Assembly: GCA_019240635.1 (NCBI GenBank)
Contig: JAFAYA010000103.1
Coordinates: 10,021-74,020, forward strand
Length of the DNA: 64,000 nucleotides
From: Acidisphaera sp.
GTDB lineage: Bacteria > Pseudomonadota > Alphaproteobacteria > Acetobacterales > Acetobacteraceae
Reading direction: 5' to 3'
The stretch's first letter is position 1; every line of letters starts with the position of its first letter. A program made the translations under genes and the position numbers. This document shows, piece after piece, positions 40,406 through 50,691 of this stretch. Under the pieces are notes generated by a model. It was not told where the DNA came from, did no database searches, and worked only from the letters and a program-made list of their open reading frames with translations.

Positions 40406-40858
40406 ATGATCTGGCTGCTGCTCGGACTCGGCACGTTCCTGCTGCTGATGGCGGCGCTGCGCGAGTTCGCCCGGGCCGACGTGGCGAGCGTGAAGGCGCT
40501 GATCGCCTGGATCGTGGCGCTGGGCGGCATCGCGCTGAGCCTGCTGCTGCTGCTGTCCGGCCGCGGCCTGTTCGCCTTCGTCGCGCTGCCGCTGCTGGGC
40601 CCGGCGTTCCGCGACCTGTTCCTGGCCCGGCGCCGCCCGGCCGCGCCACCGCCGGGCGCCGCCCGGCCGCCGCCGCGAGCCGGCGCGATGGGCCGGGAGG
40701 AGGCGCTCTCGGTCCTCGGGCTACCCCCTGGCGCGGGGGAGGCGGAAATCCGCGCCGCCCACCTCCGCCTGATGCGGGCGGCGCATCCGGACAACGGCGG
40801 CTCGGACTGGCTGGCCACGCGGATCAACCAGGCGCGCGACGTGCTGCTGGGCCGATGA
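40406..40858 (+). CDS. Membrane-anchored J-domain protein (DjlA-like)
   Basis: Two N-terminal TM segments, a Pro-rich linker, and a C-terminal J domain with HPD (AHLRLMRAAHPDNGGS). Confidence 0.7.
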   Translation: MIWLLLGLGTFLLLMAALREFARADVASVKALIAWIVALGGIALSLLLLLSGRGLFAFVALPLLGPAFRDLFLARRRPAAPPPGAARPPPRAGAMGREEALSVLGLPPGAGEAEIRAAHLRLMRAAHPDNGGSDWLATRINQARDVLLGR

Positions 40859-40937
40859 ACCCTGGGATTGAACCGGCCGGGGATCGTTCTTCTTCGGCGC
40901 GCGTTGTTAGGGCGCTCGCAACCCGGTTCAGGAGCCC

Positions 40938-41213
40938 ATGATGAAAGCGACAATTCTCTTGCCGGCCCTGGCGCTTGCCTTGGGCACCGGCCTGGTGGGC
41001 GCGCCCACGCAGGTGCAGGCCGCCGACGCCCAGCATCCCTACCAGCACATCGACCGCCGCAATGACGCCGGGAATGACACCGGCGACTCGCAGGTCGACC
41101 AGCTCAACAGCGCCCAGCTCGACGAGAACTATCACCCGCAGGGGCAGCAATATCCCGGCGCCGGTGGCCCACCCCCGGGCATGTACCGGCCGGGCGCGCC
41201 GCCGCCCCGCTAG
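40938..41213 (+). CDS. Small secreted Pro/Gln-rich protein (hypothetical)
   Basis: Signal peptide MMKATILLPALALALGTGLVGAPTQVQA-AD. The mature part is low-complexity. Confidence 0.45.
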   Translation: MMKATILLPALALALGTGLVGAPTQVQAADAQHPYQHIDRRNDAGNDTGDSQVDQLNSAQLDENYHPQGQQYPGAGGPPPGMYRPGAPPPR

Positions 41214-41345
41214 GCCGGGCGCCGCCGCGCCCGATGGCGGTGCGCTGGGCCGAAAGCTGAGATCGGCGCCCGCTTGCCGCCGTGCCGGCCGCATGCCACC
41301 AAGCCGGCCTCGCCGCGTTTGCCCGCCAGAGCCGAGGAGAGCCCC

Positions 41346-42239
41346 GTGACCAAGACGCTGCGCAAGGCCGTGCTCCCGGTGGCGGGCCTCGGCACCCGGT
41401 TCCTCCCGGCGACCAAGGCGACCGCCAAGGAGATGCTGCCGGTCGTCGACAAGCCGCTGATCCAGTACGCGGTCGAGGAGGCGCGGGCCGCCGGCATCGA
41501 GCAGTTCTGCCTGGTGACCGGCCGCGGCAAGACCGGCATCGTCGAGCATTTCGACGTGGCCTTCGAGCTCGAGGCCACCCTGCGGGAGCGCAACAAGCTG
41601 CGCGAACTCGCCATGCTCCACGAATCCGCCAGCGAACCCGGCTCCATCATCACCGTGCGCCAGCAGGTGCCGCTCGGCCTCGGCCACGCCATCTGGTGCG
41701 CGCGCGCCTTCGTCGGCGACGACCCGTTCGCGATCCTGCTGCCCGACGACCTCGTGCTGAGCGAGACCCCCTGCCTCAAGCAGCTCGCCGATGTCTACGC
41801 GAAGACGGGCGGCAACGTCGTCGCGGTGACCGAAGTGCCGCGCGAGCAGACCAACCGCTACGGCATCCTCGAGGTCGGCGAGGACGACGGAAGGCTGGTC
41901 GAGGTGCGCGGCCTGGTCGAGAAGCCGGACCCGGCGGTCGCACCCTCCAACCTCTCGATCATCGGCCGCTACGTGCTGGTCGCCGAGGTGATGACGCATC
42001 TCGCCCGCATGGAGCGCGGTGCGGGGAACGAGGTGCAGCTGACCGACGCGATGGCCAAGCTGATCGGCCGCACGCCGTTCCACGGTCTGCGCTACGAAGG
42101 GAGGCGGTTCGACTGCGGCGACAAGGTGGGCTTCCTCGAGGCGCAGATCGCCTTCGCGCTGAAGCGGCCGGACCTGGGACCGGCGGTGCGCCGCTTCCTG
42201 CGCGACTACACCGACGAAGCCGTTGCGGCGGGGGCGTGA
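41346..42239 (+). CDS. galU: UTP-glucose-1-phosphate uridylyltransferase
   Basis: [33 protein letters not shown] signature. GTG 41346 chosen. Confidence 0.92.
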   Translation: MTKTLRKAVLPVAGLGTRFLPATKATAKEMLPVVDKPLIQYAVEEARAAGIEQFCLVTGRGKTGIVEHFDVAFELEATLRERNKLRELAMLHESASEPGSIITVRQQVPLGLGHAIWCARAFVGDDPFAILLPDDLVLSETPCLKQLADVYAKTGGNVVAVTEVPREQTNRYGILEVGEDDGRLVEVRGLVEKPDPAVAPSNLSIIGRYVLVAEVMTHLARMERGAGNEVQLTDAMAKLIGRTPFHGLRYEGRRFDCGDKVGFLEAQIAFALKRPDLGPAVRRFLRDYTDEAVAAGA

Positions 42240-42243
42240 GACC

Positions 42244-43686
42244 ATGAGCGCGAACAAGGCTTTTTCGCATCGCTTCGAACCGACGACGCTGCGCGAGTAT
42301 GACATCCGCGGCATCGTCGGACGCACGCTGCACCGCGCCGACGCTTTTGCGATCGGCCGCACCTTCGCCAGCATCGTCGCCGGCGCGCGGCCGGCGTCGC
42401 AGGGCGGCGCCGCGCCGAGTGTGGCGGTCGGCTACGACGGCCGCCTCTCCTCGCCCGAGCTGGAGACGGCGCTGGTCGAGGGGCTGAAGGCGAGCGGCGC
42501 CGAGGTGCTGCGGGTCGGCCGCGGCCCGACGCCGATGCTCTACTACGCCGCGACGACGCAGCAGACGGACGGCGCGGTGATGGTGACCGGCAGCCACAAC
42601 CCGCCGGACTACAACGGCTTCAAGATGATGCTCGGCAGAAAAGCCTTCTTCGGCGAGCAGATCAAGGAACTCGGCCGCCTCGCCGAACGCGGCGAGGTCG
42701 TGCCCGCCGCGCAAGGCAGCGAACGCCGCATCGACGTCTCGGACGCCTATATCGCGCGCGTGGCCTCCGACTGGGACGGCGGCGACCGCCTGCTCGACGT
42801 CGTCTGGGACAACGGCAACGGCGCCGCCGGCGAGGTCCTGCAAAAGCTCGTCGCCGGCCTGCCCGGCAAGCACACCGTGCTGAACGCGACGATCGACGGG
42901 CGCTTCCCCGCGCACCACCCCGACCCCACCGTGCCCAAAAACCTGGAACAGCTTATCGCCGAGGTGCGCCGCACCGAGGCCGATCTCGGCATCGGGCTGG
43001 ACGGCGACGCCGACCGCATCGGCGTCGTCGACGACACCGGCGCGATCCTGTTCGGCGACCAGCTGATGGCCGTGCTCGCGCGCGACGTGCTGAAGGCCAA
43101 GCCGGGCGCCACGATCATCGCCGACGTGAAGGCAAGCCAGGTTCTCTACGACGAAATCGCCCGCGCCGGCGGCAAGCCGCTGATGTGGAAGACCGGCCAC
43201 AGCCTGATCAAGGCGAAGATGGCCGAGCTCTCCGCCCCCTTCGCCGGCGAAATGTCCGGCCACATCTTCTTCGCCGACCGCTGGTACGGTTTCGACGACG
43301 CGCTCTACGCCGCCGTCCGCCTGCTCGGCATCGTCGCCCGCCTCGACACCCCCCTCTCCGCCGTCCGCGCCGCCTTGCCTGCGGTGGTCAACACCCCGGA
43401 ACTGCGCTTCGACTGCGACGACACCCGCAAATTCACCGTCATCGACGAAGTCGCGCAGCGCCTGAAGCGCGACGGCGCTGATGTCGTCGACATCGACGGC
43501 GTCCGCGTGAACACGCCGGACGGCTGGTGGCTGCTGCGCGCCTCCAACACGCAGGCGGTGCTGGTGGCGCGGGCCGAGGCGCGGAGCGCCGAGGGGCTGG
43601 AACGGCTCAAGCAGGAGCTCACGCGACAGCTCGAAGCCTCGGGATTGAGCGCCCCTGACTTCTCCGGCGAGCACGCCGGGCACTGA
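42244..43686 (+). CDS. Phosphomannomutase/phosphoglucomutase (alpha-D-phosphohexomutase)
   Basis: Active-site [13 protein letters not shown], metal loop GLDGDADR, and the GEMSGH sugar loop. Confidence 0.9.
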   Translation: MSANKAFSHRFEPTTLREYDIRGIVGRTLHRADAFAIGRTFASIVAGARPASQGGAAPSVAVGYDGRLSSPELETALVEGLKASGAEVLRVGRGPTPMLYYAATTQQTDGAVMVTGSHNPPDYNGFKMMLGRKAFFGEQIKELGRLAERGEVVPAAQGSERRIDVSDAYIARVASDWDGGDRLLDVVWDNGNGAAGEVLQKLVAGLPGKHTVLNATIDGRFPAHHPDPTVPKNLEQLIAEVRRTEADLGIGLDGDADRIGVVDDTGAILFGDQLMAVLARDVLKAKPGATIIADVKASQVLYDEIARAGGKPLMWKTGHSLIKAKMAELSAPFAGEMSGHIFFADRWYGFDDALYAAVRLLGIVARLDTPLSAVRAALPAVVNTPELRFDCDDTRKFTVIDEVAQRLKRDGADVVDIDGVRVNTPDGWWLLRASNTQAVLVARAEARSAEGLERLKQELTRQLEASGLSAPDFSGEHAGH

Positions 43687-43769
43687 CGAGCGGCGGCCTC
43701 GGCCGGCCACCCTGGACGTGCCGACCGCGGGCTGCATAACGTATCCCGGCAGCGGCGGAGGGTTCGGTC

Positions 43770-44852
43770 GTGAAGTTCGGCCTGATGACGCAGGTCCAGA
43801 TGCCGCGCCCCTGGGGCGAGCAGGCGGAGTTGCGAGCCTACGAGAACGCGATCACCCAGGCGGTCGCCGCGGAGCAGGCCGGCTTCGCCTACTACTGGGT
43901 CACCGAGCAGCACTTCTTCTACGAAATCGGCCACAGCCCCTGCCCGGACATGATTCTTTCCGCGGTCAGCCAGCGGACAGAAAAAATCCGCCTCGGCTTC
44001 GCCGTCATCCTGATGACCGTGCACAACCCGTTCAGCATCGCCGAGCGGGTCGCGACCCTCGACCTGCTCAGCCATGGCCGCGTGGAGTTCGGCATGGGCC
44101 GCGGCTCCACGCCGTACATGGTGGAGGCGCTCGGCGTCGATCACGCGACCCAGCGCGAGGTCGCGCAGGAGGCGATGCAGGCGGTGATGTCGATGTTCGC
44201 CGAGGAGCCCTTCCCGGGTTTTCGCGGCCGGCATTTCGACCTGCCGGAGCGCTACGTCGTGCCGCGCCCAATCCAGCGTCCCCATCCGCCGCTGTGGATC
44301 GCCGCCTCCAACCTCGACACCTACGCGCATGCCGGACGCCAGGGGTTTGGCGTCATCGGCGTCACGCGCAACAGCACGAAGGAGACCAAGCCGGCGATCG
44401 ACGCCTACCGCCAGGCGATCCGCAACGCGGACCCCGCGCAGTTCGTCGGCGCGCAGGCCAACGAGCAGGTCGCGGCCTTCGCGCTCGCCTGCGTGCACGA
44501 GGACGACCGCACCGGCCGCGACATCGCCTGCGCCGCCTCGCGCTGGTACAACGGGGACAACGACGCGCTGCTGAACCCGATCCGCTTCGCCACCGCCGGC
44601 GGGGTAGAGGCGGTGCGCCAGAAATTCCGCAGCCGCACCAACGACGAGCTGATCGAGGACGGCATGGCGATCGGTGGGAATCCCGACACCGTCTGCCGGG
44701 CCGTCGAACGCTGGGCGGAGGCCGGGCTCGACCAGATGATCTTCATTTTGCAGGCCGGCCGCACGACGCACCAGCAGGTCATGCACTCGATCGAGCTGAT
44801 GGGCGAGCAGGTGATCCCGCGCTTCGCCGCTGCGAGCGTCGCGGCCGCCTAG
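43770..44852 (+). CDS. LLM-class (luciferase-like) flavin-dependent oxidoreductase
   Basis: KFGLM N-terminus, and WVTEQHFF..... TIM-barrel LLM pattern. 360 aa. Confidence 0.8.
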   Translation: MKFGLMTQVQMPRPWGEQAELRAYENAITQAVAAEQAGFAYYWVTEQHFFYEIGHSPCPDMILSAVSQRTEKIRLGFAVILMTVHNPFSIAERVATLDLLSHGRVEFGMGRGSTPYMVEALGVDHATQREVAQEAMQAVMSMFAEEPFPGFRGRHFDLPERYVVPRPIQRPHPPLWIAASNLDTYAHAGRQGFGVIGVTRNSTKETKPAIDAYRQAIRNADPAQFVGAQANEQVAAFALACVHEDDRTGRDIACAASRWYNGDNDALLNPIRFATAGGVEAVRQKFRSRTNDELIEDGMAIGGNPDTVCRAVERWAEAGLDQMIFILQAGRTTHQQVMHSIELMGEQVIPRFAAASVAAA

Positions 44853-45058
44853 CGGTCCGATCGCCGCAGCCAGCAGGGAGCCATCTGCATCGACCGCACC
44901 ACATAGAGCCGGACGCGTTCGCTCGCGATCGCCCAACCAGCTGTATGTCCTTGTTTGATCGCGTGATCAAACGGCTCCGGGGATTCCACGTTCGGCCATC
45001 ACGCTCTGGCGGGCCGGGCGGCGTTGGCGCTAGGGTCGGGCCGGGGGAGGGCTCTGCC

Positions 45059-46057
45059 ATGCGCGTATTCCGTATCCTGCGCCCGTTGCTGCTGCTCGGC
45101 GTGCTGACCCAGGGGCTGGCCATGACGCCGCCCACGCCCGCCGCCGCCGACGAACTGACGCCACTGAAGGTCGCCGGCTCGGTGATCTGGTGGGGCCAGA
45201 TCCCGATCATGGTCGCGATCGAAAAGGGCTTGTTCAAGAAGCAGGGGCTGGATGTGACGATGGAGAACATCCCGGCCTCCGGCGATCGCGTCGCCGCACT
45301 GACCGCCGGCTCCGTGCAGTTCAGCAATCTCGGCCGCATCGCCGTGATCACCGAGGCGGCGCGGGGCAACCAGGGCTTCTACTTCTTTGCCAATATCGAC
45401 GATTCGCCGGGCAATGAGGGCTGCTGGGCGCGGCCGGGCTTCGCCAACTTCACCGCCCTGCGCGGCCAGAAGGTCGCCGCCAACACCTCCGCCGAGATCA
45501 CGATGAACGGGCTGCTCGCCAACGAGGGCATGACCGAGAAGGACGTGCAGTTCGTGAACCTGCCGGGCGGCGAGATGGCCGCCGCACTGGCGAACGGCAA
45601 CGTCGACGCCGCCTGCGTCTGGGAGCCGCTGCTCAGCAACGTCAAGAAGGCGGTGCCGGACGGCAAGCTGCTCGGCCTCGACACCGACACGCCGAACTAC
45701 AAGAAGTTCGGCACCATGGCCTCGCCCGACATCGTCATCATCTCGCGCAAGCTGGTGGAGCAGACGCCGGACGTCGCGCGGCGGCTGACGGTCGCGATGT
45801 TCGAGGGGGTCGCCTACACCAACGAGCACCCCGACGAGACGGCGGCGACGGTCGCGCACAACTTCCACAAGTCGCCGGAGGAGGTGCTGGCGGCGATGAA
45901 GCAGTTCAAGTATTTCGGCCAGGACGACTGGCAGCAGCACATGAAGCTGCACGCCCAGCAGATGCAGTTCCTGGCACAGTGGCTGTTCGACAACCACAAG
46001 ATCCCCTCGGTGCCCGACATGGCGAAGTGGGAGAACACGACCTTCGTGCCCCATTAG
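45059..46057 (+). CDS. ABC transporter substrate-binding protein (NitT/TauT, NMT1-like)
   Basis: Signal peptide, then LKVAGSVIWWGQIPIMVAIEKGLFKKQGLDV, which is typical of NMT1/SsuA-like binding proteins. Confidence 0.75.
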   Translation: MRVFRILRPLLLLGVLTQGLAMTPPTPAAADELTPLKVAGSVIWWGQIPIMVAIEKGLFKKQGLDVTMENIPASGDRVAALTAGSVQFSNLGRIAVITEAARGNQGFYFFANIDDSPGNEGCWARPGFANFTALRGQKVAANTSAEITMNGLLANEGMTEKDVQFVNLPGGEMAAALANGNVDAACVWEPLLSNVKKAVPDGKLLGLDTDTPNYKKFGTMASPDIVIISRKLVEQTPDVARRLTVAMFEGVAYTNEHPDETAATVAHNFHKSPEEVLAAMKQFKYFGQDDWQQHMKLHAQQMQFLAQWLFDNHKIPSVPDMAKWENTTFVPH

Positions 46058-46062
46058 GCAGG

Positions 46063-46911
46063 ATGGCGAGCTCCGCGGCGCACGGGGCGGTCGCGCCTCC
46101 CCGAACCGGGCGACCAACCGGGCGACCAACCGGGCGACGGCCCGGGCGGCGCGCCCCGCTCGCGCTGCTGCTCAAATGCGGCTCGGTCGGGGTGTTTCTG
46201 CTGGCCTGGTACGCGGCGACGCGCAGCGGCTGGATTTCGCCGGTCTTCCTGCCCTCCCCCGGCGATGTGCTGGCGCAGGCCACCGCACTGCTGCGCAGCG
46301 GCGACTTGCTGAACGCGGTGCTGGTCTCCTCCGGTCGCGTGTTCGCGGGCTTCGCGCTGGCAGGCCTCGTCGCCGTGCCGCTCGGCATCGTCATGGCGGT
46401 GTGGTGGCCGGCGCGGGCGATCATGGACCCGTTCGTCTCGCTGCTGCGCCCGCTGCCATCGATCACCTGGATACCGCTCACCATTCTCTGGCTCGGCATC
46501 GGCGAGTCGCAGAAGGTGGCGATCGTCTTCCTGGGTTCATGGATCTACGTGCTGTTCTACACGCTCGCCAGCGTCCGGCGGGTCGATCCGATCCTGATCC
46601 GCGCGGCGCGCAACCTCGGCGCGTCGGATTTCGCGGTGATGACGCAAGTGATCCTGCCGGCCTCGCTGCCCGGCATCATCGCCGGCCTGAAGATCACGCT
46701 CGCCATCTCCTGGTCTTGCGTGCTGTCCGCCGAGATGATCGCCGCGCAGACCGGCCTCGGCGCGCTGATCTGGCAGGGCAAGGACTGGGGCGATCTGGCG
46801 ACGGTGCTGGTCGGCATGGTCGGTATCTCCATCACCGTGCTGGTCGCCGACGGGCTGGCCGAGCGGCTGGAACGCCTGTTGCTCCCCTGGGAGCGGCATC
46901 GCCGTCCCTGA
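46063..46911 (+). CDS. ABC transporter permease (NitT/TauT family)
   Basis: EAA-like loop (RAARNLGASDFAVMTQVILPASLP) and 6 TM segments. The start is uncertain because of the N-terminal GRPT repeat. Confidence 0.85.
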   Translation: MASSAAHGAVAPPRTGRPTGRPTGRRPGRRAPLALLLKCGSVGVFLLAWYAATRSGWISPVFLPSPGDVLAQATALLRSGDLLNAVLVSSGRVFAGFALAGLVAVPLGIVMAVWWPARAIMDPFVSLLRPLPSITWIPLTILWLGIGESQKVAIVFLGSWIYVLFYTLASVRRVDPILIRAARNLGASDFAVMTQVILPASLPGIIAGLKITLAISWSCVLSAEMIAAQTGLGALIWQGKDWGDLATVLVGMVGISITVLVADGLAERLERLLLPWERHRRP

Positions 46912-46914
46912 GCC

Positions 46915-47718
46915 GTGCCGCCGATCCTCGCCGCGGAGCACGTCAGCAAGACTTTTCAGGTCGGCCGCGACGAGCCGCTGCTCGCCGTGCGCAACCTCTC
47001 GCTCCAGGTCGAGGAGGGCGAGTTCGTCTGTCTGCTCGGCGCCTCCGGTTGCGGCAAGACGACGGTGCTGAACATGTTCGCGGGCTTCACCCAGCCGACG
47101 CAGGGGCGGGTGCTGCTGCGCGATCGGCCGATCACCGGCATCGAGCCGCGCTGCGGCGTGGTGTTCCAGTCCTATGCGCTGTTTCACTGGAAGACCGTGC
47201 AGGGCAACGTCGAGTTCGGCCTGCGCATGCAGGGCGTGGCGCGCGCCGAGCGCCGCCGGCGCGCCGCGCACTTCATCGAGCTGGTCAAGCTCGGCGGCTT
47301 CGAGCGCCGCTATCCGGCCGAGCTGTCGGGCGGCATGCAGCAGCGCGTGACCCTCGCGCGCATCCTCGCCGCCGACCCCGAAGTGCTGCTGATGGACGAA
47401 CCCTTCGCAGCGCTCGACGCGATGACACGCCAGGTGATGCAGGAGGAACTGCTGCGCATCCAGGAGAGCAGCGGCAAGACCGTGCTGTTCATCACCCACA
47501 GCATCGACGAGGCGCTGATCCTGGCGGACCGCATCGTCGTGATGTCGGCGCTGCCCGGCCAGGTGAAGGCGATCCTGCCGAACCGGCTGCCGCGGCCGCG
47601 CCACGTCTCGGTGCAGCTCTCGGCCGAGTACGCCCGGCTGAAGGCGGAGGTCTGGAAGGAAGTGGGGTTCGAGGTGCGACCGGCCGACGCGCTGCCGCGT
47701 TCACCCGACCGGAGGTGA
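46915..47718 (+). CDS. ABC transporter ATP-binding protein
   Basis: Walker A GASGCGKTT, signature LSGGMQQR, Walker B LLMDEPF. Confidence 0.9.
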   Translation: MPPILAAEHVSKTFQVGRDEPLLAVRNLSLQVEEGEFVCLLGASGCGKTTVLNMFAGFTQPTQGRVLLRDRPITGIEPRCGVVFQSYALFHWKTVQGNVEFGLRMQGVARAERRRRAAHFIELVKLGGFERRYPAELSGGMQQRVTLARILAADPEVLLMDEPFAALDAMTRQVMQEELLRIQESSGKTVLFITHSIDEALILADRIVVMSALPGQVKAILPNRLPRPRHVSVQLSAEYARLKAEVWKEVGFEVRPADALPRSPDRR

Positions 47719-47721
47719 CGC

Positions 47722-48879
47722 ATGTCGAAGAACGATTTTGCCCCCCAGGAATTCGCCGAGCGTCGCGCCCGCGTCTGCCAGGCGATCGGCAATGCGGGGC
47801 TCGACTGGTTGCTGGTGATCCATCCGGTATCGCTGCACTGGCTGACCGGGGCGGACACCAAGAGCTACACCGCCTTCCAGTGTCTGCCGGTTTCCGCACG
47901 GCCCGGCCGGCTGGTGATGTTCACCCGCGCCTCCGAGCGTAGCGAGTTCGAGGCGGACACCACGGTCGATGAGGTGCGCGGCTGGGGCGGCGCCGAGGCG
48001 GAAGACCCGATGGAGGGGTTCGCGCGCCTGGTCGACGAGCTCGATCTGCGCCGCGCCCGCGTCGGCATGGAGGTGCCGGCCTGGTACCTGCATCCCCACC
48101 ACTACGTGCGCATCAAGGCCATGCTGGGCGAGGCGCTGGTCGCCGATCCCTGCACGATCGTGCTCGACATGAAGATGGTGAAGTCGCCGCGCGAGATCGA
48201 CTATGTCCGCGAATCCGCCCGCATCGTCGGCGAGGCGGTCCGCGCGCTGATCGCGGCGGTGGCGGAGGGACGATCCGAGTTGGCACTGGCCGCGGCGGCG
48301 TATCAGACGCTGCTGGCGTCGGACAGCAATCTGCCGGCGAGCACGATCAACCTGGTGACCGGCGAGCGCTGTCACTTCGTGCTGGGCGGCCCGACCTCGC
48401 GCCGGCTGCGGCGCGGTGATCCCGGCTATGTCGAGGTCGGCGCGGCGTTCCGCCGCTACACCTCTACCCTCGGGCGCGCCTGGAGCCTGGGCGAGCCTTC
48501 GGCGCGGCTGCGCGAAATCCACGGCGCGCTCTGCCAGGCGGCGGAGGCCTGCATCGGCGAAATCCGCGCCGGTGCGCCGGCCACCGCGCCGCACGAGGCG
48601 CTCAAGCGCGTACTGGCGGAAGCGGGGCTCGAGCAATACCGCCAGCATACCAGCGGCTACGGCATGGCGCCGGGGTTCCCACCGTCCTGGGGCGAGCCGG
48701 TCAACATGATCGGCGGCAGCAAGTACGTGCTGCGCGCGGGGATGGTGATCTCCGTCGAGCCCGGCGTCTATCTTCCGCGCGAGCGGCTGGGCATGCGGCT
48801 GATCGACAATGTGCTGGTGACGCCGACCGGCTGCGAGGTGCTTTCGACGCTGCCGCGCGACCTCGCTATCGTCCGGTAG
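47722..48879 (+). CDS. M24-family metallopeptidase (Xaa-Pro peptidase/creatinase-like)
   Basis: A creatinase-like N-terminal domain plus a pita-bread C-terminal domain (HTSGYGM, ISVEPGVY, IDNVLVT). Confidence 0.8.
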   Translation: MSKNDFAPQEFAERRARVCQAIGNAGLDWLLVIHPVSLHWLTGADTKSYTAFQCLPVSARPGRLVMFTRASERSEFEADTTVDEVRGWGGAEAEDPMEGFARLVDELDLRRARVGMEVPAWYLHPHHYVRIKAMLGEALVADPCTIVLDMKMVKSPREIDYVRESARIVGEAVRALIAAVAEGRSELALAAAAYQTLLASDSNLPASTINLVTGERCHFVLGGPTSRRLRRGDPGYVEVGAAFRRYTSTLGRAWSLGEPSARLREIHGALCQAAEACIGEIRAGAPATAPHEALKRVLAEAGLEQYRQHTSGYGMAPGFPPSWGEPVNMIGGSKYVLRAGMVISVEPGVYLPRERLGMRLIDNVLVTPTGCEVLSTLPRDLAIVR

Positions 48880-48949
48880 CGTCCGCGCTCACCCAACTGT
48901 CGCCGGATCACCACGCCGATGCAATGATGCCGCCGGTATTGGGCTCGCC

Positions 48950-49870
48950 ATGGAAGCCGCTCTGGACGCATCGCCACACCCCAGGCTCACCGGCGCCGCA
49001 GCCGCGCCGAAAAGGATGCCGCGCCAGGCGCTTGCCGCGCTGCTGCTGCTCGCGCCCTCCGCCGCCTTTCTGCTCGCCTTCTCCTATTGGCCGGTCCTCT
49101 ACGTCGCCGTCGAGTCGCTCACCGCCGGCCGCGGCGGCGCCGATCTCGGCAACTACGCGCGGCTGTTCGCCGACCCGCACTTCGCACAGGCCGTGCGCAA
49201 CAACCTCGTCTATGCGGTCGGCACCATCGCGCCGAGCGTCACCCTCGCCCTGCTGTTCGCGCTGGCGTTGCGGGATTCGACCCGGCTGAACGCGATGCTG
49301 CGCACGCTGCTGGTCATGCCGCTGCTGATCCCGCTGGTCGCCGCCGCAGCCCTGTTCAGCTTCGTGCTGCTGCCCGGACAGGGCCTGCTCGACTGGTATC
49401 TGGCCAGGCTCGGCATCGCCGCGACGAACTGGCTCGGCGACCCGGACCTCGCGCTCGGCTCGATCATCGCGCTCACCGTCTGGAAGAACACCGGCTATTA
49501 CATGCTGTTCTTCATCGCCGGGTTGGCGGCCGTGCCACAGGAGCTGCTGGACGCCGCGAAGATCGACGGCGCGCGCGCTCTCGCCCGCTTCCGCCACGTC
49601 ACCCTGCCGATGCTCGGCCCGACCTTCGGCTTCGTGCTGCCGATCGCGCTGCTGAACGCGCTGACCCAGGTCGATCACGTCGTCACGCTGACCCAGGGCG
49701 GCCCGTCGGATTCGACGAGCCTGCTGCTCTACTACATCTATCAGCAGGCGGCGCAGAACGACGACCCGGGCCTCGCGGCCGCCGCGACGTTGATCAGCGT
49801 CGCGGCACTTCTGGCACTTTCGCTCGGTACGTTCCGCGCCCTCGATCGCGGCATTCACTATGCGAGCTGA
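48950..49870 (+). CDS. Carbohydrate-type ABC transporter permease (UgpA/MalF-like)
   Basis: LLLAPS..FL..F.YWP N-terminus and EAA loop (DAAKIDGARALARFRHVTLP). The start may instead be ATG 49016. Confidence 0.85.
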   Translation: MEAALDASPHPRLTGAAAAPKRMPRQALAALLLLAPSAAFLLAFSYWPVLYVAVESLTAGRGGADLGNYARLFADPHFAQAVRNNLVYAVGTIAPSVTLALLFALALRDSTRLNAMLRTLLVMPLLIPLVAAAALFSFVLLPGQGLLDWYLARLGIAATNWLGDPDLALGSIIALTVWKNTGYYMLFFIAGLAAVPQELLDAAKIDGARALARFRHVTLPMLGPTFGFVLPIALLNALTQVDHVVTLTQGGPSDSTSLLLYYIYQQAAQNDDPGLAAAATLISVAALLALSLGTFRALDRGIHYAS

Positions 49871-50678
49871 GCGGCGCCTGCTGGCGACGGTGGCGATCGG
49901 CGCCGCGGCGATCGCTTGGGCGCTGCCGTTCGCCTGGATGGCCGTCGCCTCGCTGCGCCCCGGCGTGCCGCCGGACATCGCGTCGCTGACGCCGCCGGGC
50001 CCGTTCGGCCTCGGCAATTACGCGCTGGCCTGGCGCAGCGGCAGCTTCCCGCTCTGGTATCTCAACACGCTGCTGATGTGCGGCGGCATCCTCGCCGTGC
50101 AGCTCGTCACGATCACCGCCGCCGGCTACGCCTTCGCCCGGCTGCGCTTCGCCGGGCGTGAAACGCTGTTCGCGCTGTTCATGCTGCAGATCCTGCTGAT
50201 CCCGGCGCTGCTGATCGTGCCCAACCTGGCGACGCTCGTGCGGCTGCACCTGTACGACCGGCTGCTCGGCATCATGGCGCCGTATTTCGCGTCCGGCTTC
50301 GGCGTGTTCCTGATGCGCCAGACGTTTCGCGCCATTCCGCGCGACTACGAGGAGGCGGCGATGCTGGACGGCGCGCGCATTCCGGCACTGATCCGCCACG
50401 TGCTGGCGCCGTTGGCGCGGCCGGGGCTGGTCGCCTTCGCGATCATCTCCGTCACCGCGCACTGGAACGAGTTCCTCTGGCCGCTGATGGCGGTGGTCTC
50501 GCCGTCGCGCCAGGTGCTGACGGTCGGGCTGGCCTCGTTCACCGCCGGCGCCGAAGCAGGCTCGGCCTGGGGCATGGTTGCCGCCGGCACCTTCCTGGTC
50601 GCCGGCCCGCTGCTCATCCTGTTCCTGCTCTTCCAGCGCCGCTTCGTCTCGTCTTTCATGTTTTCCGGAATCAAGTAG
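49860..50678 (+). CDS. Carbohydrate-type ABC transporter permease (UgpE/MalG-like)
   Basis: EAA loop (EAAMLDGARIPALIRHVLAP). Its start overlaps the upstream gene. Confidence 0.85.
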   Translation: MRAERRLLATVAIGAAAIAWALPFAWMAVASLRPGVPPDIASLTPPGPFGLGNYALAWRSGSFPLWYLNTLLMCGGILAVQLVTITAAGYAFARLRFAGRETLFALFMLQILLIPALLIVPNLATLVRLHLYDRLLGIMAPYFASGFGVFLMRQTFRAIPRDYEEAAMLDGARIPALIRHVLAPLARPGLVAFAIISVTAHWNEFLWPLMAVVSPSRQVLTVGLASFTAGAEAGSAWGMVAAGTFLVAGPLLILFLLFQRRFVSSFMFSGIK

Positions 50679-50691
50679 GGGGCGTCCGTCC

